Source of the DNA: Auanema rhodensis
Taxonomy: Eukaryota > Animalia > Nematoda
Assembly (NCBI GenBank): GCA_964057225.1
Contig: CAXKVF010000076.1
Location: 558,001 to 622,000 of the forward strand
Direction: 5' to 3'
DNA: 64,000 bases
This document shows positions 26,225 to 40,480 of the stretch, piece by piece. Position numbers and translations under genes: made by a program. How positions within the stretch are numbered: the stretch's first letter is position 1; every line of letters begins with the position of its first letter. The notes below the pieces were generated by a model. It saw only the letters and a list, made by a program, of their open reading frames with translations, was not told the origin of the DNA and ran no database searches.

Positions 26225-29200
26225 CCAATATCAATAAAAATTTGTTTTTAGACTAATATGGACATGGGGAATCTAATTTTGAAAACCGCATCTCTTTATC
26301 TTTCACGTGAAGCGAGTTACATACCAAGTGCACATCACGTGTACATTTAATTAGCATAAATTAAAGTTCACGTAAATTTCAAAGTCATGGTTACCATGCA
26401 CCAATATCAATAAAAATTTGTTTTTAGACTAATATGGACATGGGGAATCTAATTTTGAAAACCTCATCTCTTTATCTTCCACGTGAAGCGAGTTACATAC
26501 CAAGTGCACATCACGTGTACATTTAATTAGCATAAATTAAAGTTCACGTAAATTTCAAAGTCATGGTTACCATGAACCAATATCAATAAAAATTTGTTTT
26601 TAGACTAATATGGACATGGGGAATCTAATTTTGAAAACCGCATCTCTTTATCTTCCACGTGAAGCGAGTTACATACCAAGTGCACATCACGTGTACATTT
26701 AATTAGCATAAATTAAAGTTCACGTAAATTTCAAAGTCATGGTTACCATGAACCAATATCAATAAAAATTTGTTTTTAGACTAATATGGACATGGGGAAT
26801 CTAATTTTGAAAACCGCATCTCTTTATCTTCCACGTGAAGCGAGTTACATACCAAGTGCACATCACGTGTACATTTAATTAGCATAAATTAAAGTTCACG
26901 TAAATTTCAAAGTCATGGTTACCATGAACCAATATCAATAAAAATTTGTTTTTAGACTAATATGGACATGGGGAATCAAAGTTTGAAAACCGCATCTCTT
27001 TATCTTTCACGTGAAGCGAGTTACATACCAAGTGCACATCACGTGTACATTTAATTAGCATAAATTAAAGTTCACGTAAATTTCAAAGTCATGGTTACCA
27101 TGAACCAATATCAATAAAAATTTGTTTTTAGACTAATATGGACATGGGGAATCTAATTTTGAAAACCGCATCACTTTATCTTTCACGTGAAGCGAGTTAC
27201 ATACCAAGTGCACATCACGTGTACATTTAATTAGCATAAATTAAAGTTCACGTAAATTTCAAAGTCATGGTTACCATGCACCAATATCAATAAAAATTTG
27301 TTTTTAGACTAATATGGACATGGGGAATCTAATTTTGAAAACCGCATCTCTTTATCTTTCACGTGAAGCGAGTTACATACCAAGTGCACATCACGTGTAC
27401 ATTTAATTAGCATAAATTAAAGTTCACGTAAATTTCAAAGTCATGGTTACCATGCACCAATATCAATAAAAATTTGTTTTTAGACTAATATGGACATGGG
27501 GAATCTAATTTTGAAAACCGCATCTCTTTATCTTTCACGTGAAGCGAGTTACATATCAAGTGCACATCACGTGTACATTTAATTAGCATAAATTAAAGTT
27601 CACGTAAATTTCAAAGTCATGGTTACCATTAACCAATATCAATAAAAATTTGTTTTTAGACTAATATGGACATGGGGAATCTAATTTTGAAAACCGCATC
27701 TCTTTATCTTTCACGTGAAGCGAGTTACATATCAAGTGCACATCACGTGTACATTTAATTAGCATAAATTAAAGTTCACGTAAATTTCAAAGTCATGGTT
27801 ACCATGCACCAATATCAATAAAAATTTGTTTTTAGACTAATATGGACATGGGGAATCTAATTTTGAAAACCGCATCTCTTTATCTTTCACGTGAAGCGAG
27901 TTACATATCAAGTGCACATCACGTGTACATTTAATTAGCATAAATTAAAGTTCACGTAAATTTCAAAGTCATGGTTACCATTAACCAATATCAATAAAAA
28001 TTTGTTTTTAGACTAATATGGACATGGGGAATCTAATTTTGAAAACCGCATCTCTTTATCTTTCAAGTGAAGCGAGTTACATACCAAGTGCACATCACGT
28101 GTACATTTAATTAGCATAAATTAAAGTTCACGTAAATTTCAAAGTCATGGTTACCATGCACCAATATCAATAAAAATTTGTTTTTAGACTAATATGGACA
28201 TGAGGAATCTAATTTTGAAAACCGCATCTCTTTATCTTCCACGTGAAGCGAGTTACATACCAAGTGCACATCACGTGTACATTTAATTAGCATAAATTAA
28301 AGTTCACGTAAATTTCAAAGTCATGGTTACCATGAACCAATATCAATAAAAATTTGTTTTTAGACTAATATGGACATGGGGAATCAAAGTTTGAAAACCG
28401 CATCTCTTTATCTTTCACGTGAAGCGAGTTACATACCAAGTGCACATCACGTGTACATTTAATTAGCATAAATTAAAGTTCACGTAAATTTCAAAGTCAT
28501 GGTTACCATGAACCAATATCAATAAAAATTTGTTTTTAGACTAATATGGACATGGGGAATCTAATTTTGAAAACCGCATCACTTTATCTTTCACGTGAAG
28601 CGAGTTACATACCAAGTGCACATCACGTGTACATTTAATTAGCATAAATTAAAGTTCACGTAAATTTCAAAGTCATGGTTACCATGCACCAATATCAATA
28701 AAAATTTGTTTTTAGACTAATATGGACATGGGGAATCTAATTTTGAAAACCGCATCTCTTTATCTTTCACGTGAAGCGAGTTACATATCAAGTGCACATC
28801 ACGTGTACATTTAATTAGCATAAATTAAAGTTCACGTAAATTTCAAAGTCATGGTTACCATTAACCAATATCAATAAAAATTTGTTTTTAGACTAATATG
28901 GACATGGGGAATCTAATTTTGAAAACCGCATCTCTTTATCTTTCAAGTGAAGCGAGTTACATACCAAGTGCACATCACGTGTACATTTAATTAGCATAAA
29001 TTAAAGTTCACGTAAATTTCAAAGTCATGGTTACCATGCACCAATATCAATAAAAATTTGTTTTTAGACTAATATGGACATGAGGAATCTAATTTTGAAA
29101 ACCGCATCTCTTTATCTTTCACGTGAAGCGAGTTACATACCAAGTGCACATCACGTGTACATTTAATTAGCATAAATTAAAGTTCACGTAAATTTCAAAG

Positions 29201-29920
29201 TCATGGTTACCATGAACCAATATCAATGAAAATTTGTTTTTAGACTAATATGGACATGGGGAATCTAATTTTGAAAACCGCATCTCTTTATCTTCCACGT
29301 GAAGCGAGTTACATACCAAGTGCACATCACGTGTACATTTAATTAGCATAAATTAAAGTTCACGTAAATTTCAAAGTCATGGTTACCATGAACCAATATC
29401 AATAAAAATTTGTTTTTAGACTAATATGGACATGGGGAATCAAAGTTTGAAAACCGCATCTCTTTATCTTTCACGTGAAGCGAGTTACATACCAAGTGCA
29501 CATCACGTGTACATTTAATTAGCATAAATTAAAGTTCACGTAAATTTCAAAGTCATGGTTACCATGAACCAATATCAATAAAAATTTGTTTTTAGACTAA
29601 TATGGACATGGGGAATCTAATTTTGAAAACCGCATCACTTTATCTTTCACGTGAAGCGAGTTACATACCAAGTGCACATCACGTGTACATTTAATTAGCA
29701 TAAATTAAAGTTCACGTAAATTTCAAAGTCATGGTTACCATGCACCAATATCAATAAAAATTTGTTTTTAGACTAATATGGACATGGGGAATCTAATTTT
29801 GAAAACCGCATCTCTTTATCTTTCACGTGAAGCGAGTTACATACCAAGTGCACATCACGTGTACATTTAATTAGCATAAATTAAAGTTCACGTAAATTTC
29901 AAAGTCATGGTTACCATGAA

Positions 29921-32900
29921 CCAATATCAATAAAAATTTGTTTTTAGACTAATATGGACATGGGGAATCTAATTTTGAAAACCGCATCACTTTATCTTTC
30001 ACGTGAAGCGAGTTACATACCAAGTGCACATCACGTGTACATTTAATTAGCATAAATTAAAGTTCACGTAAATTTCAAAGTCATGGTTACCATGCACCAA
30101 TATCAATAAAAATTTGTTTTTAGACTAATATGGACATGGGGAATCTAATTTTGAAAACCGCATCTCTTTATCTTTCACGTGAAGCGAGTTACATACCAAG
30201 TGCACATCACGTGTACATTTAATTAGCATAAATTAAAGTTCACGTAAATTTCAAAGTCATGGTTACCATGCACCAATATCAATAAAAATCTGTTTTTAGA
30301 CTAATATGGACATGGGGAATCTAATTTTGAAAACCGCATCTCTTTATCTTTCACGTGAAGCGAGTTACATACCAAGTGCACATCACGTGTACATTTAATT
30401 AGCATAAATTAAAGTTCACGTAAATTTCAAAGTCATGGTTACCATGAACCAATATCAATAAAAATTTGTTTTTAGACTAATATGGACATGGGGAATCTAA
30501 TTTTGAAAACCGCATCTCTTTATCTTTCACGTGAAGCGAGTTACATATCAAGTGCACATCACGTGTACATTTAATTAGCATAAATTAAAGTTCACGTAAA
30601 TTTCAAAGTCATGGTTACCATTAACCAATATCAATAAAAATTTGTTTTTAGACTAATATGGACATGGGGAATCTAATTTTGAAAACCGCATCTCTTTATC
30701 TTTCACGTGAAGCGAGTTACATATCAAGTGCACATCACGTGTACATTTAATTAGCATAAATTAAAGTTCACGTAAATTTCAAAGTCATGGTTACCATGCA
30801 CCAATATCAATAAAAATTTGTTTTTAGACTAATATGGACATGAGGAATCTAATTTTGAAAACCGCATCTCTTTATCTTTCACGTGAAGCGAGTTACATAC
30901 CAAGTGCACATCACGTGTACATTTAATTAGCATAAATTAAAGTTCACGTAAATTTCAAAGTCATGGTTACCATGCACCAATATCAATAAAAATTTGTTTT
31001 TAGACTAATATGGACATGGGGAATCTAATTTTGAAAACCGCATCTCTTTATATTTCACGTGAAGCGAGTTACATACCAAGTGCACATCACGTGTACATTT
31101 AATTAGCATAAATTAAAGTTCACGTAAATTTCAAAGTCATGGTTACCATGAACCAATATCAATAAAAATTTGTTTTTAGACTAATATGTACATGGGGAAT
31201 CTAATTTTGAAAACCGCATCTCTTTATCTTCCACGTGAAGCGAGTTACATACCAAGTGCACATCACGTGTACATTTAATTAGCATAAATTAAAGTTCACG
31301 TAAATTTCAAAGTCATGGTTACCATGAACCAATATCAATAAAAATTTGTTTTTAGACTAATATGTACATGGGGAATCTAATTTTGAAAACCGCATCTCTT
31401 TATCTTTCACGTGAAGCGAGTTACATACCAAGTGCACATCACGTGTACATTTAATTAGCATAAATTAAAGTTCACGTAAATTTCAAAGTCATGGTTACCA
31501 TGCACCAATATCAATAAAGATTTGTTTTTAGACTAATATGGACATGGGGAATCTAATTTTGAAAACCGCATCTCTTTATCTTTCACGTGAAGCGAGTTAC
31601 ATATCAAGTGCACATCACGTGTACATTTAATTAGCATAAATTAAAGTTCACGTAAATTTCAAAGTCATGGTTACCATTAACCAATATCAATAAAAATTTG
31701 TTTTTAGACTAATATGGACATGGGGAATCTAATTTTGAAAACCGCATCTCTTTATCTTTCAAGTGAAGCGAGTTACATACCAAGTGCACATCACGTGTAC
31801 ATTTAATTAGCATAAATTAAAGTTCACGTAAATTTCAAAGTCATGGTTACCATGCACCAATATCAATAAAAATTTGTTTTTAGACTAATATGGACATGGG
31901 GAATCTAATTTTGAAAACCGCATTTCTTTATCTTTCACGTGAAGCGAGTTACATACCAAGTGCACATCACGTGTACATTTAATTAGCATAAATTAAAGTT
32001 CACGTAAATTTCAAAGTCATGGTTACCATGCACCAATATCAATAAAAATTTGTTTTTAGACTAATATGGACATGGGGAATCTAATTTTGAAAACCGCATC
32101 TCTTTATCTTTCACGTGAAGCGAGTTACATACCAAGTGCACATCACGTGTACATTTAATTAGCATAAATTAAAGTTCACGTAAATTTCAAAGTCATGGTT
32201 ACCATGAACCAATATCAATAAAAATTTGTTTTTAGACTAATATGGACATGGGGAATCTAATTTTGAAAACCGCATCTCTTTATCTTTCACGTGAAGCGAG
32301 TTACATACCAAGTGCACATCACGTGTACATTTAATTAGCATAAATTAAAGTTCACGTAAATTTCAAAGTCATGGTTACCATCCACCAATATCAATAAAAA
32401 TTTGTTTTTAGACTAATATGGACATGGGGAATCTAATTTTGAAAACCGCATCTCTTTATCTTCCACGTGAAGCGAGTTACATACCAAGTGCACATCACGT
32501 GTACATTTAATTAGCATAAATTAAAGTTCACGTAAATTTCAAAGTCATGGTTACCATGAACCAATATCAATAAAAATTTGTTTTTAGACTAATATGGACA
32601 TGCGGAATCTAATTTTGAAAACCGCATCTCTTTATCTTCCACGTGAAGCGAGTTACATACCAAGTGCACATCACGTGTACATTTAATTAGCATAAATTAA
32701 AGTTCACGTAAATTTCAAAGTCATGGTTACCATGAACCAATATCAATAAAAATTTGTTTTTAGACTAATATGGACATGGGGAATCAAATTTTGAAAACCG
32801 CATCTCTTTATCTTTCACGTGAAGCGAGTTACATACCAAGTGCACATCACGTGTACATTTAATTAGCATAAATTAAAGTTCACGTAAATTTCAAAGTCAT

Positions 32901-35900
32901 GGTTACCATGAACCAATATCAATAAAAATTTGTTTTTAGACTAATATGGACATGGGGAATCTAATTTTGAAAACCGCATCTCTTTATCTTTCACGTGAAG
33001 CGAGTTACATACCAAGTGCACATCACGTGTACATTTAATTAGCATAAATTAAAGTTCACGTAAATTTCAAAGTCTTGGTTACCATGCACCAATATCAATA
33101 AAAATTTGTTTTTAGACTAATATGGACATGGGGAATCTAATTTTGAAAACCGCATCTCTTTATCTTTCACGTGAAGCGAGTTACATATCAAGTGCACATC
33201 ACGTGTACATTTAATTAGCATAAATTAAAGTTTACGTAAATTTCAAAGTCATGGTTACCATTAACCAATATCAATAAAAATCTGTTTTTAGACTAATATG
33301 GACATGGGGAATCTAATTTTGAAAACCGCATCTCTGTATCTTTCACGTGAAGCGAGTTACATATCAAGTGCACATCACGTGTACATTTAATTAGCATAAA
33401 TTAAAGTTCACGTAAATTTCAAAGTCATGGTTACCATTAACCAATATCAATAAAAATTTGTTTTTAGACTAATATGGACATGGGGAATCTAATTTTGAAA
33501 ACCGCATCTCTTTATCTTTCAAGTGAAGCGAGTTACATACCAAGTGCACATCACGTGTACATTTAATTAGCATAAATTAAAGTTCACGTCAATTTCAAAG
33601 TCATGGTTACCATGCACCAATATCAATAAAAATTTGTTTTTAGACTAATATGGACATGGGGAATCTAATTTTGAAAACCGCATCTCTTTATCTTTCACGT
33701 GAAGCAAGTTACATATCAAGTGCACATCACGTGTACATTTAATTAGCATAAATTAAAGTTCACGTAAATTTCAAAGTCATGGTTACCATTAACCAATATC
33801 AATAAAAATTTGTTTTTAGACTAATATGGACATGGGGAATCTAATTTTGAAAACCGCATCTCTTTATCTTTCAAGTGAAGCGAGTTACATACCAAGTGCA
33901 CATCACGTGTACATTTAATTAGCATAAATTAAAGTTCACGTAAATTTCAAAGTCATGGTTACCATGAACCAATATCAATAAAAATTTGTTTTTAGACTAA
34001 TATGGACATGGGGAATCTAATTTTGAAAACCGCATCACTTTATCTTTCACGTGAAGCGAGTTACATACCAAGTGCACATCACGTGTACATTTAATTAGCA
34101 TAAATTAAAGTTCACGTAAATTTCAAAGTCATGGTTACCATGCACCAATATCAATAAAAATTTGTTTTTAGACTAATATGGACATGGGGAATCTAATTTT
34201 GAAAACCGCATCTCTTTATCTTTCACGTGAAGCGAGTTACATACCAAGTGCACATCACGTGTACATTTAATTAGCATAAATTAAAGTTCACGTAAATTTC
34301 AAAGTCATGGTTACCATGCACCAATATCAATAAAAATCTGTTTTTAGACTAATATGGACATGGGGAATCTAATTTTGAAAACCGCATCTCTTTATCTTTC
34401 ACGTGAAGCGAGTTACATACCAAGTGCACATCACGTGTACATTTAATTAGCATAAATTAAAGTTCACGTAAATTTCAAAGTCATGGTTACCATGAACCAA
34501 TATCAATAAAAATTTGTTTTTAGACTAATATGGACATGGGGAATCTAATTTTGAAAACCGCATCTCTTTATCTTTCACGTGAAGCGAGTTACATATCAAG
34601 TGCACATCACGTGTACATTTAATTAGCATAAATTAAAGTTCACGTAAATTTCAAAGTCATGGTTACCATTAACCAATATCAATAAAAATTTGTTTTTAGA
34701 CTAATATGGACATGGGGAATCTAATTTTGAAAACCGCATCTCTTTATCTTTCACGTGAAGCGAGTTACATATCAAGTGCACATCACGTGTACATTTAATT
34801 AGCATAAATTAAAGTTCACGTAAATTTCAAAGTCATGGTTACCATGCACCAATATCAATAAAAATTTGTTTTTAGACTAATATGGACATGAGGAATCTAA
34901 TTTTGAAAACCGCATCTCTTTATCTTTCACGTGAAGCGAGTTACATACCAAGTGCACATCACGTGTACATTTAATTAGCATAAATTAAAGTTCACGTAAA
35001 TTTCAAAGTCATGGTTACCATGCACCAATATCAATAAAAATTTGTTTTTAGACTAATATGGACATGGGGAATCTAATTTTGAAAACCGCATCTCTTTATA
35101 TTTCACGTGAAGCGAGTTACATACCAAGTGCACATCACGTGTACATTTAATTAGCATAAATTAAAGTTCACGTAAATTTCAAAGTCATGGTTACCATGAA
35201 CCAATATCAATAAAAATTTGTTTTTAGACTAATATGTACATGGGGAATCTAATTTTGAAAACCGCATCTCTTTATCTTCCACGTGAAGCGAGTTACATAC
35301 CAAGTGCACATCACGTGTACATTTAATTAGCATAAATTAAAGTTCACGTAAATTTCAAAGTCATGGTTACCATGAACCAATATCAATAAAAATTTGTTTT
35401 TAGACTAATATGTACATGGGGAATCTAATTTTGAAAACCGCATCTCTTTATCTTTCACGTGAAGCGAGTTACATACCAAGTGCACATCACGTGTACATTT
35501 AATTAGCATAAATTAAAGTTCACGTAAATTTCAAAGTCATGGTTACCATGCACCAATATCAATAAAGATTTGTTTTTAGACTAATATGGACATGGGGAAT
35601 CTAATTTTGAAAACCGCATCTCTTTATCTTTCACGTGAAGCGAGTTACATATCAAGTGCACATCACGTGTACATTTAATTAGCATAAATTAAAGTTCACG
35701 TAAATTTCAAAGTCATGGTTACCATTAACCAATATCAATAAAAATTTGTTTTTAGACTAATATGGACATGGGGAATCTAATTTTGAAAACCGCATCTCTT
35801 TATCTTTCAAGTGAAGCGAGTTACATACCAAGTGCACATCACGTGTACATTTAATTAGCATAAATTAAAGTTCACGTAAATTTCAAAGTCATGGTTACCA

Positions 35901-37840
35901 TGCACCAATATCAATAAAAATTTGTTTTTAGACTAATATGGACATGGGGAATCTAATTTTGAAAACCGCATTTCTTTATCTTTCACGTGAAGCGAGTTAC
36001 ATACCAAGTGCACATCACGTGTACATTTAATTAGCATAAATTAAAGTTCACGTAAATTTCAAAGTCATGGTTACCATGCACCAATATCAATAAAAATTTG
36101 TTTTTAGACTAATATGGACATGGGGAATCTAATTTTGAAAACCGCATCTCTTTATCTTTCACGTGAAGCGAGTTACATACCAAGTGCACATCACGTGTAC
36201 ATTTAATTAGCATAAATTAAAGTTCACGTAAATTTCAAAGTCATGGTTACCATGAACCAATATCAATAAAAATTTGTTTTTAGACTAATATGGACATGGG
36301 GAATCTAATTTTGAAAACCGCATCTCTTTATCTTTCACGTGAAGCGAGTTACATACCAAGTGCACATCACGTGTACATTTAATTAGCATAAATTAAAGTT
36401 CACGTAAATTTCAAAGTCATGGTTACCATCCACCAATATCAATAAAAATTTGTTTTTAGACTAATATGGACATGGGGAATCTAATTTTGAAAACCGCATC
36501 TCTTTATCTTCCACGTGAAGCGAGTTACATACCAAGTGCACATCACGTGTACATTTAATTAGCATAAATTAAAGTTCACGTAAATTTCAAAGTCATGGTT
36601 ACCATGAACCAATATCAATAAAAATTTGTTTTTAGACTAATATGGACATGGGGAATCTAATTTTAAAAACCGCATCTCTTTATCTTCCACGTGAAGCGAG
36701 TTACATACCAAGTGCACATCACGTGTACATTTAATTAGCATAAATTAAAGTTCACGTAAATTTCAAAGTCATGGTTACCATGAACCAATATCAATAAAAA
36801 TTTGTTTTTAGACTAATATGGACATGGGGAATCTAATTTTGAAAACCGCATCTCTTTATCTTTCACGTGAAGCGAGTTACATACCAAGTGCACATCACGT
36901 GTACATTTAATTAGCATAAATTAAAGTTCACGTAAATTTCAAAGTCTTGGTTACCATGCACCAATATCAATAAAAATTTGTTTTTAGACTAATATGGACA
37001 TGGGGAATCTAATTTTGAAAACCGCATCTCTTTATCTTTCACGTGAAGCGAGTTACATATCAAGTGCACATCACGTGTACATTTAATTAGCATAAATTAA
37101 AGTTTACGTAAATTTCAAAGTCATGGTTACCATTAACCAATATCAATAAAAATCTGTTTTTAGACTAATATGGACTAGGGGAATCTAATTTTGAAAACCG
37201 CATCTCTGTATCTTTCACGTGAAGCGAGTTACATATCAAGTGCACATCACGTGTACATTTAATTAGCATAAATTAAAGTTCACGTAAATTTCAAAGTCAT
37301 GGTTACCATTAACCAATATCAATAAAAATTTGTTTTTAGACTAATATGGACATGGGGAATCTAATTTTGAAAACCGCATCTCTTTATCTTTCAAGTGAAG
37401 CGAGTTACATACCAAGTGCACATCACGTGTACATTTAATTAGCATAAATTAAAGTTCACGTCAATTTCAAAGTCATGGTTACCATGCACCAATATCAATA
37501 AAAATTTGTTTTTAGACTAATATGGACATGGGGAATCTAATTTTGAAAACCGCATCTCTTTATCTTTCACGTGAAGCGAGTTACATATCAAGTGCACATC
37601 ACGTGTACATTTAATTAGCATAAATTAAAGTTCACGTAAATTTCAAAGTCATGGTTACCATTAACCAATATCAATAAAAATTTGTTTTTAGACTAATATG
37701 GACATGGGGAATCTAATTTTGAAAACCGCATCTCTTTATCTTTCAAGTGAAGCGAGTTACATACCAAGTGCACATCACGTGTACATTTAATTAGCATAAA
37801 TTAAAGTTCACGTAAATTTCAAAGTCATGGTTACCATTAA
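29921..37840 (+). repeat. 23-monomer tandem duplication (4048 bp); second copy has 22 monomers
   Basis: Offset 4048: T69A 29989/34037, A15G 31519/35567, G174C 32382/36430. Offset 3872 downstream: A163T 33075/36947, T72G 33336/37208, A150C 33590/37462. Confidence 0.92.
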
Positions 37841-40480
37841 CCAATATCAATAAAAATTTGTTTTTAGACTAATATGGACATGGGGAATCTAATTTTGAAA
37901 ACCGCATCTCTTTATCTTTCACGTGAAGCGAGTTACATATCAAGTGCACATCACGTGTACATTTAATTAGCATAAATTAAAGTTCACGTAAATTTCAAAG
38001 TCATGGTTACCATTAACCAATATCAATAAAAATTTGTTTTTAGACTAATATGGACATGGGGAATCTAATTTTGAAAACCGCATCTCTTTATCTTTCAAGT
38101 GAAGCGAGTTACATACCAAGTGCACATCACGTGTACATTTAATTAGCATAAATTAAAGTTCACGTAAATTTCAAAGTCATGGTTACCATGCACCAATATC
38201 AATAAAAATTTGTTTTTAGACTAATATGGACATGGGGAATCTAATTTTGAAAACCGCATTTCTTTATCTTTCACGTGAAGCGAGTTACATACCAAGTGCA
38301 CATCACGTGTACATTTAATTAGCATAAATTAAAGTTCACGTAAATTTCAAAGTCATGGTTACCATGCACCAATATCAATAAAAATTTGTTTTTAGACTAA
38401 TATGGACATGGGGAATCTAATTTTGAAAACCGCATCTCTTTATCTTTCACGTGAAGCGAGTTACATACCAAGTGCACATCACGTGTACATTTAATTAGCA
38501 TAAATTAAAGTTCACGTAAATTTCAAAGTCATGGTTACCATGAACCAATATCAATAAAAATTTGTTTTTAGACTAATATGGACATGGGGAATCTAATTTT
38601 GAAAACCGCATCTCTTTATCTTTCACGTGAAGCGAGTTACATACCAAGTGCACATCACGTGTACATTTAATTAGCATAAATTAAAGTTCACGTAAATTTC
38701 AAAGTCATGGTTACCATGCAGCAATATCAATAAAAATTTGTTTTTAGACTAATATGGACATGGGGAATCTAATTTTGAAAACCGCATCTCTTTATCTTTC
38801 ACGTGAAGCGAGTTACATACCAAGTGCACATCACGTGTACATTTAATTAGCATAAATTAAAGTTCACGTAAATTTCAAAGTCATGGTTACCATGAACCAA
38901 TATCAATAAAAATTTGTTTTTAGACTAATATGGACATGGGGAATCTAATTTTGAAAACCGCATCTCTTTATCTTTCACGTGAAGCGAGTTACATACCAAG
39001 TGCACATCACGTGTACATTTAATTAGCATAAATTAAAGTTCACGTCAATTTCAAAGTCATGGTTACCATGCACCAATATCAATAAAAATTTGTTTTTAGA
39101 CTAATATGGACATGGGGAATCTAATTTTGAAAACCGCATCTCTTTATCTTTCACGTGAAGCGAGTTACATACCAAGTGCACATCACGTGTACATTTAATT
39201 AGCATAAATTAAAGTTCACGTAAATTTCAAAGTCATGGTTACCATGCACCAATATCAATAAAAATTTGTTTTTAGACTAATATGGACATGAGGAATCTAA
39301 TTTTGAAAACCGCATCTCTTTATCTTTCACGTGAAGCGAGTTACATACCAAGTGCACATCACGTGTACATTTAATTAGCATAAATTAAAGTTCACGTAAA
39401 TTTCAAAGTCATGGTTACCATGCACCAATATCAATAAAAATTTGTTTTTAGACTAATATGGACATGGGGAATCTAATTTTGAAAACCGCATCTCTTTATC
39501 TTTCACGTGAAGCGAGTTACATACCAAGTGCACATCACGTGTACATTTAATTAGCATAAATTAAAGTTCACGTAAATTTCAAAGTCATGGTTACCATGCA
39601 CCAATATCAATAAAAATTTGTTTTTAGACTAATATGGACATGAGGAATCTAATTTTGAAAACCGCATCTCTTTATCTTTCACGTGAAGCGAGTTACATAC
39701 CAAGTGCACATCACGTGTACATTTAATTAGCATAAATTAAAGTTCACGTAAATTTCAAAGTCATGGTTACCATGCACCAATATCAATAAAAATTTGTTTT
39801 TAGACTAATATGGACATGGGGAATCTAATTTTGAAAACCGCATCTCTTTATATTTCACGTGAAGCGAGTTACATACCAAGTGCACATCACGTGTACATTT
39901 AATTAGCATAAATTAAAGTTCACGTAAATTTCAAAGTCATGGTTACCATGAACCAATATCAATAAAAATTTGTTTTTAGACTAATATGGACATGGGGAAT
40001 CTAATTTTGAAAACCGCATCTCTTTATCTTTCACGTGAAGCGAGTTACATACCAAGTGCACATCACGTGTACATTTAATTAGCATAAATTAAAGTTCACG
40101 TAAATTTCAAAGTCATGGTTACCATGCACCAATATCAATAAAAATTTGTTTTTAGACTAATATGGACATGGGAAATCTAATTTTGAAAACCGCATCTCTT
40201 TATCTTCCACGTGAAGCGAGTTACATACCAAGTGCACATCACGTGTACATTTAATTAGCATAAATTAAAGTTCACGTAAATTTCAAAGTCATGGTTACCA
40301 TGAACCAATATTAATAAAAATTTGTTTTTAGACTAATATGTACATGGGGAATCTAATTTTGAAAACCGCATCTCTTTATCTTTCACGTGAAGCGAGTTAC
40401 ATACCAAGTGCACATCACGTGTACATTTAATTAGCATAAATTAAAGTTCACGTAAATTTCAAAGTCATGGTTACCATGCA

